Shown: positions 37,301 to 48,758, numbered from the whole stretch's first letter. The stretch is 63,998 bases of DNA, filler included, from Thelocarpon superellum (GCA_026025795.1; 5 parts of 5 records of this genome joined end to end with filler, not necessarily neighbours in it); one strand, 5' to 3'. Numbers and translations are program-made. The notes: generated by a model not told the origin, from the letters alone.

Positions 37301-39113
37301 CATTGGTGACTATTGTAGGCGTGGCGTCGAAGCTGACCCTTGCCGCCCTCTTCTTCTTCGCCTGGGTCGCATCGCGCTCACGTGAGCCCTCATCGGTGAT
37401 CATAGACGTCTCCGACGTCTCGCTGGGGGCCTGCACACTGCCTCGATTCGTTCCGCTTGGCCAGGAGTCGGCGGGCGAGCCTGCCCGACGTGACGGCGAT
37501 TGTTTCATGGCGGATTTGGCGGGCGAGACGGATCGCGGGGGCGGCTGATGTTTGGGGATGTTGGGCGACGTGACAGGGGCGTCGCTGGTAAAATGGGCGA
37601 CTCGCGACGGGCTCAGCGATTGTGGTCGTCCCTGAACACTCCCCGCCCCTCGACCCATGCCGGGTCCGAGGGGGATGTCAGTTGCCGAAAGAGTCGGGGG
37701 CTGGCGAGATGGCGGCGCGAGTGGGCCCCCGGCGGCGGTTCCGTTGACGGGAGTGGTGACGGCGGCCTTCTTTTTCTTCTTCTTGATCGCAGTCGGCGCC
37801 TGTGGGACGCCGATCGGCGGTGCCTGCGGGGTCACGGAAGCGCTCCCCTTCGGCCGCGGTCGAGGGTCGGTCAGTGGAGAACCCTCTTCCCTCTCTTCCA
37901 GCTCGCGATCTTCGCGAACAACAGATGGCTGTTTCGACAAGAGCGCGCCGGCTCGTGTCTTAAAGGTGTGCGTCTGGTCGGAGGCATCTTCGTCGCCATT
38001 TTCCGGGTTGTAGAACGTCAAGCCTGGCGCGTTGGAGCGCCCCTCTTGGGGCGTCATTGGTGAGGGCGATACCTTCTTCTTTTTCTTCTTGGGAGGCGCG
38101 GCCCCTATCGGTGGGGCTAGTCCGGTCGATGATGAGGCTGATGCTCGTGGAGCTGGTACGAGCCGCGGGGCGGCGGCATCGGTCATCTCCATCCGTTCCG
38201 GCGAAGCAGCTGCTTTCTTCTTCTTCTTCGGCTTTGCTGGCGTCTGTGATGCCGTGACGGGGCCGAGGGTTGGATACGTCGCGGACCCGTCGCGCGGAAT
38301 CCCCCCTGGCCCCAAGGATGAGAACATGCGTTGCTGTGCACTTGTGGGGGAGGTCAGCCTCCGTTCGCCCGTAGGCGACGCGGTCGGGCTACGGGCAACG
38401 GTAGGCAGAGAAAAATTGACAGACCCGCGACTCCCTGCACGCTCGAGCTCGTGTTCTTGCACGCTGGCGAGACCGGCGGCACGACGGGCCGCGATCTGGC
38501 CGATGGACGGTGCCGGGGCGCGGTCGAGGCTGGATCCACGGCCCGCCCGGTCTGGTATTGGGGACGTAACCCGCGGCAGGGGGTCCAGACTGGCGGTTCG
38601 TCGATGTGACTTTGTGGGAATGAGCGGAGCCGTCGGTAGGGCGGGGACAGGAGGGGCATCCGCCGCGGGGGCGCGCGAGGGACCGCGATTTGGGGAGGGT
38701 TCCCGGAAGGTCCGCTCGGTCATGGAGCCACTGCTGCTCTTCCGATGCAAGCCTGGGCCGCCGGGTCCTCGGAGACTCCCTCCTCCGCTGCCGCTAGAGG
38801 CGTTGGAGGCCTGGCGGCGGATGGTGCGCGGCGTTTGAACGCCGCTGACGGGAGCCGGGGATGTGGCATGCGATCGCAGGGCCGTGGCGGCGGCGGCGGA
38901 TGAGAGGGAGGCATTGGATACGCGACTGGCGAGGAAGGCTTGTGCGGCGGCCGTCTGGGCAGACAGAGAGGGCGGAGCGCTCGCGTGCTGCGTCGACAAT
39001 GATGATTTAGTGTTGATCACGGTGAAGAGGGTGGAAACAGGACGAGCGTCATTAGGGACGAAGTGGCGGGGGGGTAAAATTACCGGGTTGGACGCTCTCT
39101 TGCGATGGAACAT
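34353..39113 (-). CDS. Large intrinsically disordered protein, Seg1/Msc3-like (possible eisosome scaffold)
   Basis: 1586-aa ORF including a probable 96-nt intron near the start. N-terminal AAAQAFL..SLSSAAAATALRS, SPAKSAMK, RVSF, SRFDDSSDDE, Lys tracts, terminal FPRLRRAFGLHD. The family call is a resemblance only. Confidence 0.7.
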   Translation of the reverse strand: MFHRKRASNPVILPPRHFVPNDARPVSTLFTVINTKSSLSTQHASAPPSLSAQTAAAQAFLASRVSNASLSSAAAATALRSHATSPAPVSGVQTPRTIRRQASNASSGSGGGSLRGPGGPGLHRKSSSGSMTERTFREPSPNRGPSRAPAADAPPVPALPTAPLIPTKSHRRTASLDPLPRVTSPIPDRAGRGSSLDRAPAPSIGQIAARRAAGLASVQEHELERAGSRGSVNFSLPTVARSPTASPTGERRLTSPTSAQQRMFSSLGPGGIPRDGSATYPTLGPVTASQTPAKPKKKKKAAASPERMEMTDAAAPRLVPAPRASASSSTGLAPPIGAAPPKKKKKKVSPSPMTPQEGRSNAPGLTFYNPENGDEDASDQTHTFKTRAGALLSKQPSVVREDRELEEREEGSPLTDPRPRPKGSASVTPQAPPIGVPQAPTAIKKKKKKAAVTTPVNGTAAGGPLAPPSRQPPTLSATDIPLGPGMGRGAGSVQGRPQSLSPSRVAHFTSDAPVTSPNIPKHQPPPRSVSPAKSAMKQSPSRRAGSPADSWPSGTNRGSVQAPSETSETSMITDEGSRERDATQAKKKRAARVSFDATPTIVTNGANSPGSPVSHQMLSPQHKETSKRWSGLLPDRSPVDRSDAATGTATAAEEEAGDEVLEPLPTLPSFGSVRQRKSRDEGDEQNDKYLRDPPSAPATITSTPPTSEGVGMPTDQVIGGILANDLASERPPSMKAPVVDDHLRPLPPQVTSVEGSGQVSDEESLYSNEGASDPSHPVETTVPLKGVTAGSDEQAVEDEAAVPSIALQEPTPTLDKAAAQEDYLGAANRLSEGEPTPASTGIAEPTPEGSAIHQHDAGLPVVGEVAEVLRQQTDPVDEEEDSSDESDEANVFTDAAEDLQTVDGDGFQSIDAVVESPVRDTRPGLAITTPPESPIASSHARRPVRVDGDRSEPAAEEGWGRAQAYWSSLSDGRREEMERAALPVTPEVVVVQTSKAKPKKKKKKAPPPGTLVSPAGREDPALPPWPDEKYHRAIKQRNREGMKSTMRPASAMAPPTTFLAPSLRNGSARLKTKPHAPLAPLAPPAMEGKAGRSSLKKNRPASAPVPAPQSTVSAAVAKELRNMNVPTSGIGAKPISNKAKKPEPTRVTSMLVRTRSDGSESSASASSFRKRRTPTAPGAEAGAGYRMRRSMRGSSQPAGLTGHRRPGSPGAFNAPNRSSRFSLRSLSPTGSTTWTPPGPLAQGTLRSSLRGSVDSGVSAARSVGKTPPKKPPSRFAGFGRSSKAKVQAEVATSMPADSRFDDSSDDEDVRRTFRSRYSDSSDDDVPPAAVGLFTPVRGIPRRIGEEDGDSTELSDSSAGDRSPSSQPKPTAVRRSHEGAALATGSLRSALALDARPVSGAGLVSPGIGPSEGSKKKKKKRSFFGTLGRRKDPSKVQKPTGESGARLDTPLERSQGEIQKTRNAAPSSPISSVRPRLMKKPTANSTIANSATPNGTTANGATPMSWPLPPTINDGPRPTTSDGTVGAKAPYRPDMGNRRSTAFSTVPTHGAAENTPAVGKEKEKAKEKEKEKKKKFPRLRRAFGLHD

Positions 39114-39802
39114 TGTCGAGGGTGCCCAGGCAGTGGGCGGCGGGCGGACCCCGCAAATCCGTGCCGACGAAGCACCAGATGTTCAGTGTGTCGTCCTTAG
39201 ATGGCGGGCCGGGACAGTGATGGCGTGATGAGGTTATCTGCCGCGGAGGGATGCGGGCCAGGCCGATGATGGGGGGCGGCGATCATCGAGCGCATCGAGC
39301 GCATCGCACCAAGACGGAACACCGGTGGTCAGACGGAGACGACGGATGCCGTTGGGGAGGAGTGTGGGACCGGGATACCAGATGTCGCCGTCGTCGACGT
39401 CCGCAACGAGCTGGAAGGAAGGGATTGAAAGGACGACAGGAGAATGGCCGAGAATGTCTCGCTGCTGATGACGAGGTGATCAGTCCAATCGGTGGTGTCG
39501 GAGGCGTCACTGGCGCTGTCGGACCAGGGAGCAATGGTCACTAGTACCTCATGAGGTAACAGACCACTTTGGCACTGAAGCTACATGTAACGTAGGGCGC
39601 AGCAGAGCATGGTGCGAAGTAACATACTTACCCGAATCTGGTGCTCTACCTGAGCCGAACCAGATTCCAAGGTTCACGAGCGCGACCGTTGAATCGCGAG
39701 ACGGACGGGATCCCACGGGCCAGCCGTGGTGCTACCCAGCGCAGCAGCAGATCCTCCGACTGCAGCGACTGGCTACAGTACGAGTAATCAGTCGTTATCA
39801 TC

Positions 39803-39902
39803 NNNNNNNNNNNNNNNNNNNNNNNNNNNNNNNNNNNNNNNNNNNNTTAATTAATTAANNNNNNNNNNNNNNNNNNNNNNNNNNNNNNNNNNNNNNNNNN
39901 NN
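39803..39902. other. Artificial contig linker N44-TTAATTAATTAA-N44
   Basis: Identical 100-bp linker. Confidence 0.97.
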
Positions 39903-39958
39903 CGCGTCCAAGACCCAGTAGATCCAGAAATCCATCAGCCCAGTGGAAAGACCTCGAC

Positions 39959-42423
39959 TCAGGTCGGAGATGATGTGGGATGCATAGTGGCGACCAAGGT
40001 GCTGGCCACCTTGACTCGTTCCTCGTAGAGCCGCTTCAGGTCTTCCACTCGCGCATCGCCCAGCGCCAATCGGCCAGGCCGTGGCCCAACATCCGACATC
40101 GATCGTGCGCCGGCTTGAAAGGGAGGGAAGCGCTGCGACAGGCTCGGGGAGGGCGTCCTCGTCTTGGGATATTGTACGGGGGGGAGAAAGCTTGGAAGCG
40201 GGGTAGACACAGACGGAAGAACCTGGATCGGTTTGGCAAGATTCAGCAACGCTGGCGCATGCGATCCTTGTGTTGTGGATCGCGGTGCGATGCTCGCCGA
40301 TGCCGACGCGGATCGTGCCGAGGCCGACCAGGTCGGCTTGACGAAGACGGCATCGGAAGGAGCTTCCATCGCCACTGGAGATTGCGAGATCGCTTCCGTC
40401 GGTGCGTCTTGATTTCGAGACCCAAGCCCGGGCAGAGCCACCGCGCCCAGACCCAGCACGTCCGGCCGTGACCGAGGTGGGGGTGGCACGGGTTTCCTGG
40501 TGCTGACTTCACTCCCGGAACCTTCCCTCAGTGTGGCTGGAGGAGCGCCGGTGAAAATGCTCGTCGTCTTTGGCACGCTTTCAATTGGCCCCTCGACCTG
40601 ATGGACAGTCAGAGGCGAGACGGTCGCTGATGTCGGAGCAGGTACACCTTTGCCGTCACCTCCACCAGTCTGGCCCAGAGGTTCGCCTGTCGCCTCGCTG
40701 AGTCGAGACATGTCTGCAAGAGAGCTCTCTGCCTGGCTCGCCACCGCACCCGACGCCGCCGTGGAAGATCGCGGTGGGACGCTCGGCAACGGAGCGGGCT
40801 TCCGCCGCATCGTAGTATCGGCATCCGCGGTCTCTTGGCGGGCTCGAGATGGCGGCCGAGGCGGTAAGGCAGGCCGCTCTTCCATCTCTGACTTTTGCTC
40901 GGTCTTTTCCGCGATGACGCCCACCACATGCGAATCCGACGGACCATACGCCGACTCACCAGGCGTTCGCGCCGACCCATCGGACCCCGTGACCAGTGGA
41001 TCCTCAAAGTCCTCGGCTCGCGCTGGATCTTCCAGTGCACGACCAAAAGAATCGTGCGGCACCTGGCACGCCTCCCGTAGACCGGAATCCCACATGCGGA
41101 TGGCCATGTCCATGATCCGGCCAATCACGCTGCTCATCGTGGCATCCTCCATCGCATCAGGCCCGCGGATCAGAGAAGGCGCAAAGCACAGCGCCAGATT
41201 TATGGAAGTCATCCGGTTGCGCTCTTGGTGCTTCGCCACCATTGAAAGCATCGGAAGGAGGTGTGTCGTCAGAATCAGACGTGAGACCAACGGCAAGATA
41301 GACCACTGCGATTGGGTTGAAACGAGGTCCGTCAGAGCCGCGAGCTCGATGGACACATCGCCCATGCCATACGAGCTGCGTAGCTTCTTGTATGCCGTGG
41401 GCGGGATCAGCGGTTCTCGAAGCCTGGCGTACCAGTTTTTGATCAGGCCAGCGGCCAGATGAACCCCATATCCGTCATCCTGATCGACAGAGCTCAATCC
41501 GTCGGCCGACTCGCCTCCGTAACGATGTGTCGCCTGGCAGACAGCCCCTTCCCGCCAGACGATGTATTTCTGCCCCCGGTCGTACGCCTCCCGGAGCACG
41601 TCCAGTAGGGATGACAGTGGAGGGATGCGGAAGATACCCTCCGTGATGATGTTTTCCGGCATGAGGATGAAGCGTGTGGATTCTCGAAGCACCCGCGGCA
41701 GTCGGCGGTTGCCATCCGCCATCCCAGGAAGTGGCTGGCTGGCGCCAAAGGCCCGGCGGCCACTCGCGTAGGGCGCATCGATTTCCAGCACGAGTCGTCG
41801 GTCCTGCAGATAGACGGATCGTGGGATGAGAAGATTCTCGACGGGCACATGAAAGGCTAGGGCGGTCAAGGTGGAGCAATGGAGGATCTTCTTCCGCGAC
41901 TTGGGCGACACGATGGTCGAGAGCGTCTCCACGATGATCCGGACCCACGCCCTCTCGTGCACGATGTAGAGCTTCTGCAGTCGTTTTCGCGTGGCCCGGG
42001 TCAACTGTCGCCGCATCAGTCCCATTTCCCTGTGGCCCATCACAGGAGGTCACCCACCACGTTGTATGCCTGCACAATCCAGACCCACCCGGGACGGCCT
42101 TTGCGGCTACTCGACCCTCCATCGCCCCCGGCGCCGGCAAAGAAGACGACCTCATATCCCTTCCCCTCGATCAGCTCCTCCTCGGCCGGGAGGCGAGACA
42201 GCACGTATGGCAGCAGGGCATCGTAGTCGACGTCCTTTCCGTCCGGAAAGGCACTGGCGTTGAGGATGAAGACCGGGAGATCGTCTCGCGAGGGAAGCGG
42301 AGAGCGGTAGAGGATGCGATGGGCCAATTGCGCGAGGTTGGCGGAATAGTCTCTTGACGTCTGTGGTGGAGGCACCGTGGACAATGACGACTTTCGCAGT
42401 CGTTGAGCGATTTGGGAATGCAT
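39959..42423 (-). CDS. BCH/CRAL-TRIO plus RhoGAP-like protein (Ecm25-like), 2 exons
   Basis: DYDALLPYVLSRLP..YEVVFF, KRLQKLYIVHERAWVR (BCH-like); EGIFRIP, LIKNWYARLREP, NRMTSINLALCFAPSL (RhoGAP). Confidence 0.85.
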
Positions 42424-43178
42424 CGCTTCAGGCACGAGTGCAGACTCCAGACGTCGTGATGAAGTGACGGTCGGATCGAGCAACGGGGGACGCGGCCATA
42501 TTCGCCACCTGCAGATGTACGACGCACATCAACCGCTCCTAGAGTTGATTTGGGTCTTGGTTGAGACGTTGCATTGGTCGTGTTTATGCCGGGCCATGTC
42601 ACATGTGTTGCTCCAGTCTCATTAGTCCACTAGACGTAATTACTGGATGATTACAGCTTCGAGTACGAGTACACGCCACAGGTACAAAGTCCTTCCTACC
42701 CGGACAGGTCGGCGAGTCTCGACTCGGCATATGCAGATCGTGGACGAAACGGCCTCCCCTTTTACGGCATTCAACGCCCTGAAGCACGCATAAAGTCCCA
42801 CAGATCGGCCAGTTACCAGTAACCATTTTCCCATACGACGTGATACGACCCGTGAAGATCACGCTAATCAAGGGAGCAGGTCAGGAGAGGCATATCGAGA
42901 AGAATCAAGTATGGGATACTTCATTCTTGATAGCGATAAGAAAGCCATCGAGCGATGAGAGAAGCTGCTAGGTATCCTACCAGCGTCTCATCCGCACAAA
43001 CAAGAAGAATAGGAGAAGCGGAAAAAGGAAAACGGTAGAGACGAACAGAAGAAGCCAATAGCGGCAAAGAATAGAGACAAACGGAACAACAAGTAGTGTG
43101 ACGAGGGAGGCCAGCACATCCAGAGTCGTGATTTCAATCCCGAAACAATCGGCGCCCCACACCATCTCCCACAGCACT

Positions 43179-44012
43179 TCAGGTCGTGATGGATCTGCGC
43201 GGACCGCCACTCAAGGATCTGAGCCATGTTTTCGTCTTTTCGCGGCTCAGCTCATTGAGCCGCTCCAGCTCTTGCAGGCTCGGAGGGGGATCGAGGACGG
43301 TATGATTCGGTCCACCGTAGTCGTATACTGGGACGCCGTCGATGTTGCCTGCGCTCGCTGCCCGCCCATGACGCTGGTTGCTCGAGTATCGAGCCCGGGA
43401 TTGGAAGCCGAGACAATAAGGTCCCTCGTCCACCGCCGCTTTGCCCTCGGCAAGAAGAAGTCGAGCGCTGAATCCCCGCACAGGCACTGGGATAAGATGC
43501 CTCTTTGTGACTAGAGGAGGTGCCGTCACGAGGGAGGGTGCCGTCACGACGGGGGGTGCCGTCACGACGGGGGGTGCCGTCACGACGGGGGGTGCCGTCA
43601 CGACGGAAGGTGCCGTCACCAGAGGGGGTGCCGTCACGATAGGGGGCGCCGTCTCGACAGAGGTGGTGAGAGGCGGCGCCGTCATGTTACGGCGTACCGC
43701 CACGGTAGGCGGTGCCGGCAGAATGGGAGGTGCCGTCATGATCGGAGGGGCCGTCACGACACGAGGCTTGGAGGAGGCGTTTTCGGCCTCTGGGAAGATG
43801 GGCACGGCGGCATGATCGCCGCTTGGCCCCAAGAAGTGGTATCCGTAGCCGGATCGCTTGCCGTCGGAGTACCAACGGCCGCCTTGGTCATAGATGACCG
43901 GCGTGGGTGTGGGGTGGCTGGCCCCGGAGAGATGCCGCGATTTGGAGGCGTCGGGCGAGAAGAGGTCTTTGGTGGCGGACCACCCGTTCTTCAGGGTCTT
44001 GAGCAGACCCAT
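43179..44012 (-). CDS. Orphan protein with (V/L)VTAPP hexapeptide repeats
   Basis: 277-aa intronless ORF, start context CCAAAATGG, TATATAAG about 60 nt upstream. No family recognised. Confidence 0.55.
   Translation of the reverse strand: MGLLKTLKNGWSATKDLFSPDASKSRHLSGASHPTPTPVIYDQGGRWYSDGKRSGYGYHFLGPSGDHAAVPIFPEAENASSKPRVVTAPPIMTAPPILPAPPTVAVRRNMTAPPLTTSVETAPPIVTAPPLVTAPSVVTAPPVVTAPPVVTAPPVVTAPSLVTAPPLVTKRHLIPVPVRGFSARLLLAEGKAAVDEGPYCLGFQSRARYSSNQRHGRAASAGNIDGVPVYDYGGPNHTVLDPPPSLQELERLNELSREKTKTWLRSLSGGPRRSITT
43510..43762. repeat. 18-bp coding minisatellite (GGTGCCGTCACGACGGGG), about 12-13 units
   Basis: Near-perfect in the centre (43537-43640), degenerate at the edges; encodes the VTAPP repeats. 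Confidence 0.9.
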
Positions 44013-44099
44013 TTTGGCTGGAGAAAAAAGAGGAGAAGAAAGAAACCGTGGCGAGACGAACGGAAAACACCCTTATATAGGCCATCCTGGGTCGCGGGT

Positions 44100-44865
44100 T
44101 GATCTGGGCGTGTTGATGTTGAGCCCCTCAAGGTCTAAGAAGGAGCAGCTCATGCGGTTGTGATCTGGGCCTGATTAGAGCGGGCTTCTTGAGGGCTAGG
44201 AAGGAGCAACATAGTCAAGGCGTGATCCAGGTACGTGAATGGTGATCCCCTGTGCACTCAAAGAAGGAGCAGCCCATAAGATCGTGACTGGATTTGATCA
44301 GGGCGGGCTTCTTGAGGGTTGGGAAGGAGGAAGACAGTCAAGGCGTGATCTGGGCGCGATCTAGGCGCGTAAATGTTGATTGCCTGCGTAGTCTAAGAAA
44401 GAGTGACCTAGGCGATCGTGATCTGGACCTGGTCAGGAAAGGCTCCTCGAGGGCTGGGAAGGATGAAGTCGGTCAAGGCGTTATCTGGGCGCGGATTCCC
44501 CGCACAGTCAAAGAAGGAGCAACCCAGGAGATCGTGATCTAGACCTGATCAGCGCAGGCTCCTCGAGGATTGAGGAGGTGCAAGTTATTCGAGACATAAT
44601 CTTGGTGCGAGGTGTGGTCTGGGCGTGGATTCCCTGCACAGTCTAAGAAGGAGCAACCCAGAAGATCGTGATCTGGACCTGGTCAGGGCAGGCTCCTTGA
44701 GGATTGAGAAGGGGCGAGTTATTCCAGGCGAGATCCAGGCGCGTGGAAGTTGATTGCCCGCGCACTCAAAGTAGGAGCGACCTAAGAGATCGTAGTCTGG
44801 ACCTGATCAGGGCGGGCTTCTTGATGGCTGGGATGAAGCGCAATAGTGAAGGAGTGATCCGGGAT
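44100..44865. repeat. Degenerate tandem array, about 6 units of 117-133 bp
   Basis: Core GATCGTGATCTGGACCTGATCAGGGCGGGCTTCTTGAGGGCTGGGAAGGA recurs at about 44160, 44280, 44413, 44530, 44663 and 44787. Confidence 0.85.
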
Positions 44866-45849
44866 GCCCTTACATATCTGGCAAGAATCGTCATTGGGCA
44901 AGCCTCTGAACTGACCGTAAACGAAACGAGACGGATCGCGAATCATGACCTGGCAGCCCTCCTGAGGTGTCAAGGAGGAATCCCGGTGCAAAACAGAGCG
45001 CCAATGACGACTGCCGGCCAGAATGACTGGGGTCGCGCAGGTGTTGGGACTCAGCTGTCGCATATTTGGGGAGAGCCTTGTTGATCATCCTGTGAAGCTC
45101 AGGATGGCCTCAAGGAGTTTCGGGGCCCTTCCTCAATCGTCATCGTCCCTTTTAGATGACTACAGGTGGCACGAAGAATATTGCAGCCGGGGGTCGATTT
45201 TATTCTTGTGGTACAGCATCACACATATAGCGCGAAACTTGGTCATTTGATCATGTTTGATTCATGAATCTGCATGTGTAAGTACGACTGCGCGGCAAGG
45301 AACGAGGAACGCCAGGTCCAGGCTCTCCTTTGTGCGATGAGGGTGATGGTCGATGCAGCCAATCACGCCATCTCGCCATCGACCACGGCGGGTCCTCTCG
45401 GATCCCGATGCTCGCCCTTGACACCCTCCCACCACAAGCGAGAAGCCGTGCAGGACAGCGGTCCCTCTGGATCCTGACTCCATACGAGTACGAGGAGAGC
45501 CCTCCCGCAAAGCGTGTCATTCGCTAGCACAAGCCCCTCCAAAAGCTTCCGGACGGATTTTGCCCCACCACTAAGCACAAATTGAAGGGATCACAACCGA
45601 TTTGTCCTACACAACGGCGCTTGAGACGGAGAGGGACGAGCCACTGTCACCTGCACCTCGATTTTCCACGCTCGAAGAAACCTCTTCTTTCCTCTCTTCC
45701 ACCAGCATTGGCCCGTCTCCCTTCCTGCTCTACATCACCTCTCTCGTCTGAGATCATTTTCAGTGTGCAGAGGATTGCATAGTTTGACACTTCTTGCCTC
45801 CTGCACCCCATCCACCAACCCTCGGGACGTGAGCGAGACCATCGCGAAG

Positions 45850-48419
45850 ATGGTGCAATCGTGAGTTGTGATAGGAACGTCATGTCACCTTTAAACGCCT
45901 CTGACCATCCCTCATTACAGGTCGGTCCTTGGCTTTCCCCGCATGGGCGTCAATCGCGAGCTCAAGAAAGCTACGGAAGCCTACTGGGGCGGCAAAGTGT
46001 CCCAGAGTGAGCTGCTAGCTGAAGGCAAGCGACTACGTCTGGAGCACTGGAAGATCCAGAAGGATGCCGGCGTCGACGTCATCCCCAGCAATGACTTCTC
46101 ATTCTACGATCAGGTCCTCGACCATATTCAGCTGTTTGGGGTGGGTGGGCTCGACTCCTGATAACCGTATTCATTCATCGCGCTAATATTGCAACTCCAC
46201 CAGGCCATCCCCGAGCGGTACTCCAAATACAAGCTCCCGGCCATCGATGAGTTCTTCGCCATGGGTCGTGGCATGCAGAAATCTGCATACGAAGGAGCGG
46301 CAGCCATCGACGTGCCGAGCTTGGTCCGTCAATCTCTCGCAGGCAGACCACAGACAGCAAAACTGATACCGTGGGCTACGTAGGAGATGGTGAAGTGGTT
46401 TGATTCCAATTATCATTATGTCAAGCCGACCCTACAAGACAGTCAATCCTTCACCCTCCATTCCAATCCGAAGCCCGTGGTGGAATTCCTCGAGGCCAAG
46501 GAGGCTGGGATCATCACCCGGCCCGTCCTGGTTGGACCTGTATCTTTCCTCGCCTTGGCAAAGGCCGATCGTGGCCAGAAGGTCGAGCCCATCACGCTGC
46601 TGGAGAAGCTCCTCCCCGCCTACGAGGAGCTCCTCGTGAAGCTCAAAGCGGCCGGCGCCGGAGTGGTGCAAATTGACGAGCCTATCCTGGTCCTCGACCT
46701 CGCGCCCAAGGTCAAGGCGGCCTTCAAGCCCGCCTACGAGAAACTTGCTGGCTTGGGGGACAAGATCCCCAAGATCGTCTTGGCCACGTACTTTGGCGAC
46801 ATCGTGCACAACATCGACGTCCTGCCCGGCCTCCAGCACCTCCACGCCATCCACGTCGATCTCGTCCGCAATCCGGAACAGCTCGACACGGTCTTGGCCG
46901 CTTTGGGGCCGAAGCAGGGCCTCTCGGTTGGAGTGGTCGACGGCCGCAACATCTGGAAGACCAACCTGAAGCGAGCCATTGAGATTGTGGAGACTGCCGT
47001 GCAGAAGCTCGGAGCGGAACGGGTCATTGTTGCCAGCTCGAGCAGTCTCCTCCATACCCCACATACCCTGGCTAGCGAGAAGGCACTTGAGGCCGAGGTG
47101 AAGGACTGGTTCTCGTTCGCCGTTGAGAAGGCGCACGAGCTGGCCATCATCGCCCGCGCTGTCACCGAGGGCCCGGCCGTGGTCCGCGAGCAGCTCGAGA
47201 ACAATGCCAAGTCGATGCAGGCGCGAGCCAGCTCCAAGCGTACCAACGACCCGAAGGTGAAGGAGCGCCAGGCCAAGATCTCGGACGACATGTTCAACCG
47301 CAAATCGCCCTTTCCCCTGCGCATCGCCCAGCAGCAGAAGCTGCTCAACCTGCCGCTCTTCCCCACCACCACCATTGGCTCCTTCCCCCAGACCAAGGAT
47401 ATCCGCATGCAACGCAACAAGTTCACCAAGGGCGAGATCTCGGCGGACGAGTACGAGAAGTTCATCGAGAAGGAGATCCGGGATGTGGTCAAGATTCAGG
47501 AAGAGCTCGACCTGGATGTCTTCGTGCACGGTGAGCCCGAGCGGAATGACATGGTGCAGTACTTTGGCGAGCGCTTGACGGGTTACGTCTTCACCACCCA
47601 CGCCTGGGTGCAGAGCTACGGCTCGCGCTGCGTCCGGCCGCCCATCGTCGTTGGCGACATCTCACGGCCTGCTCCGATGACGGTCAAGGAGTCAAAATAT
47701 GCCGTGTCCATCTCCAAGAAGCCGATGAAGGGGATGTTGACCGGGCCCATCACCTGCCTGCGCTGGTCCTTCCCGCGCGACGACATCCACCAGTCCGTGC
47801 AGGCGGAGCAGCTGGCTTTGTCGCTCCGCGATGAAGTCATCGACCTCGAAGCTGCCGGGGTTTCCGTCATCCAGGTCGACGAGCCCGCCCTTCGCGAGGG
47901 TCTGCCCCTGCGCGCGGGCGTTGAGCGCGAGGCGTATATCTCCTGGGCCGTCAAGTCCTTCCGTCTCTCGACTGCCGGCGTGACGGATGCGACCCAGATT
48001 CATTCACACTTCTGCTACTCCGAGTTTCAGGACTTCTTCCATGCTATCGCCGCCCTGGATGCCGACGTGCTGAGCATTGAGAATAGCAAGAGCGATGCGA
48101 AGCTACTCAAAGTCTTTGTCGATCAGGCCTATCCGCGCCACATCGGTCCTGGGGTCTACGACATCCATTCGCCCCGCGTGCCAAGCGAACAGGAGATCAA
48201 AGACCGGATCGAAGAGATGCTTCAGTATGCACCCCACCCTCGCTCTCGTGTCGATAGCCCAATGACTCACCTTCTCCGTCCAGGTACCTTAAACCCGATC
48301 AACTCTGGATTGATCCCGACTGCGGCTTGAAGACCCGCCAATGGTCTGAGACTAAGGCCGCACTCACCAACATGGTGAATGCGGCCAAGTTCTACCGCCA
48401 GAAGTACGCCAAGGCATAG
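45850..48419 (+). CDS. MET6: Cobalamin-independent methionine synthase, multi-exon
   Basis: [85 protein letters not shown]. Confidence 0.98.
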
Positions 48420-48758
48420 GTCGGTCGCGACGATGGGCGAGGGCGATGAGGACGATGCAGCATGAGCACCAAAAGTTCAACAGCATAGGTGATGCGTTGT
48501 TAGATGGCTACGATCTCAACATCGGCGTTTTCGTAGACCCACGGAGCCGTCTCTACAGACTTCTTCTCTGATGTGTCGATGATTTTTCTCCTTTTCTGCA
48601 TCGCGGTGGGTCCGTCCTTCAACCGGGGGCCCAATCCATCATACCTTAACCTCGTCCACTTATGCCCAGGAGATATCATCGACCGATCTCTACCAAACAA
48701 CGCCTCGTGCAGCCCACCCATACCGTGAATGAACGTAGTCTATCACGCCCATATCCCA

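Noticed and set aside
44100..44865. CRISPR-like repeat-spacer array
   Set aside because: Repeats are degenerate, the intervening segments resemble each other, there are no cas genes, and the context is eukaryotic.
46432..47601. Long antisense and overlapping ORFs (here and throughout the ORF track)
   Set aside because: Expected shadows of GC-rich, codon-biased genes; no recognisable domains.
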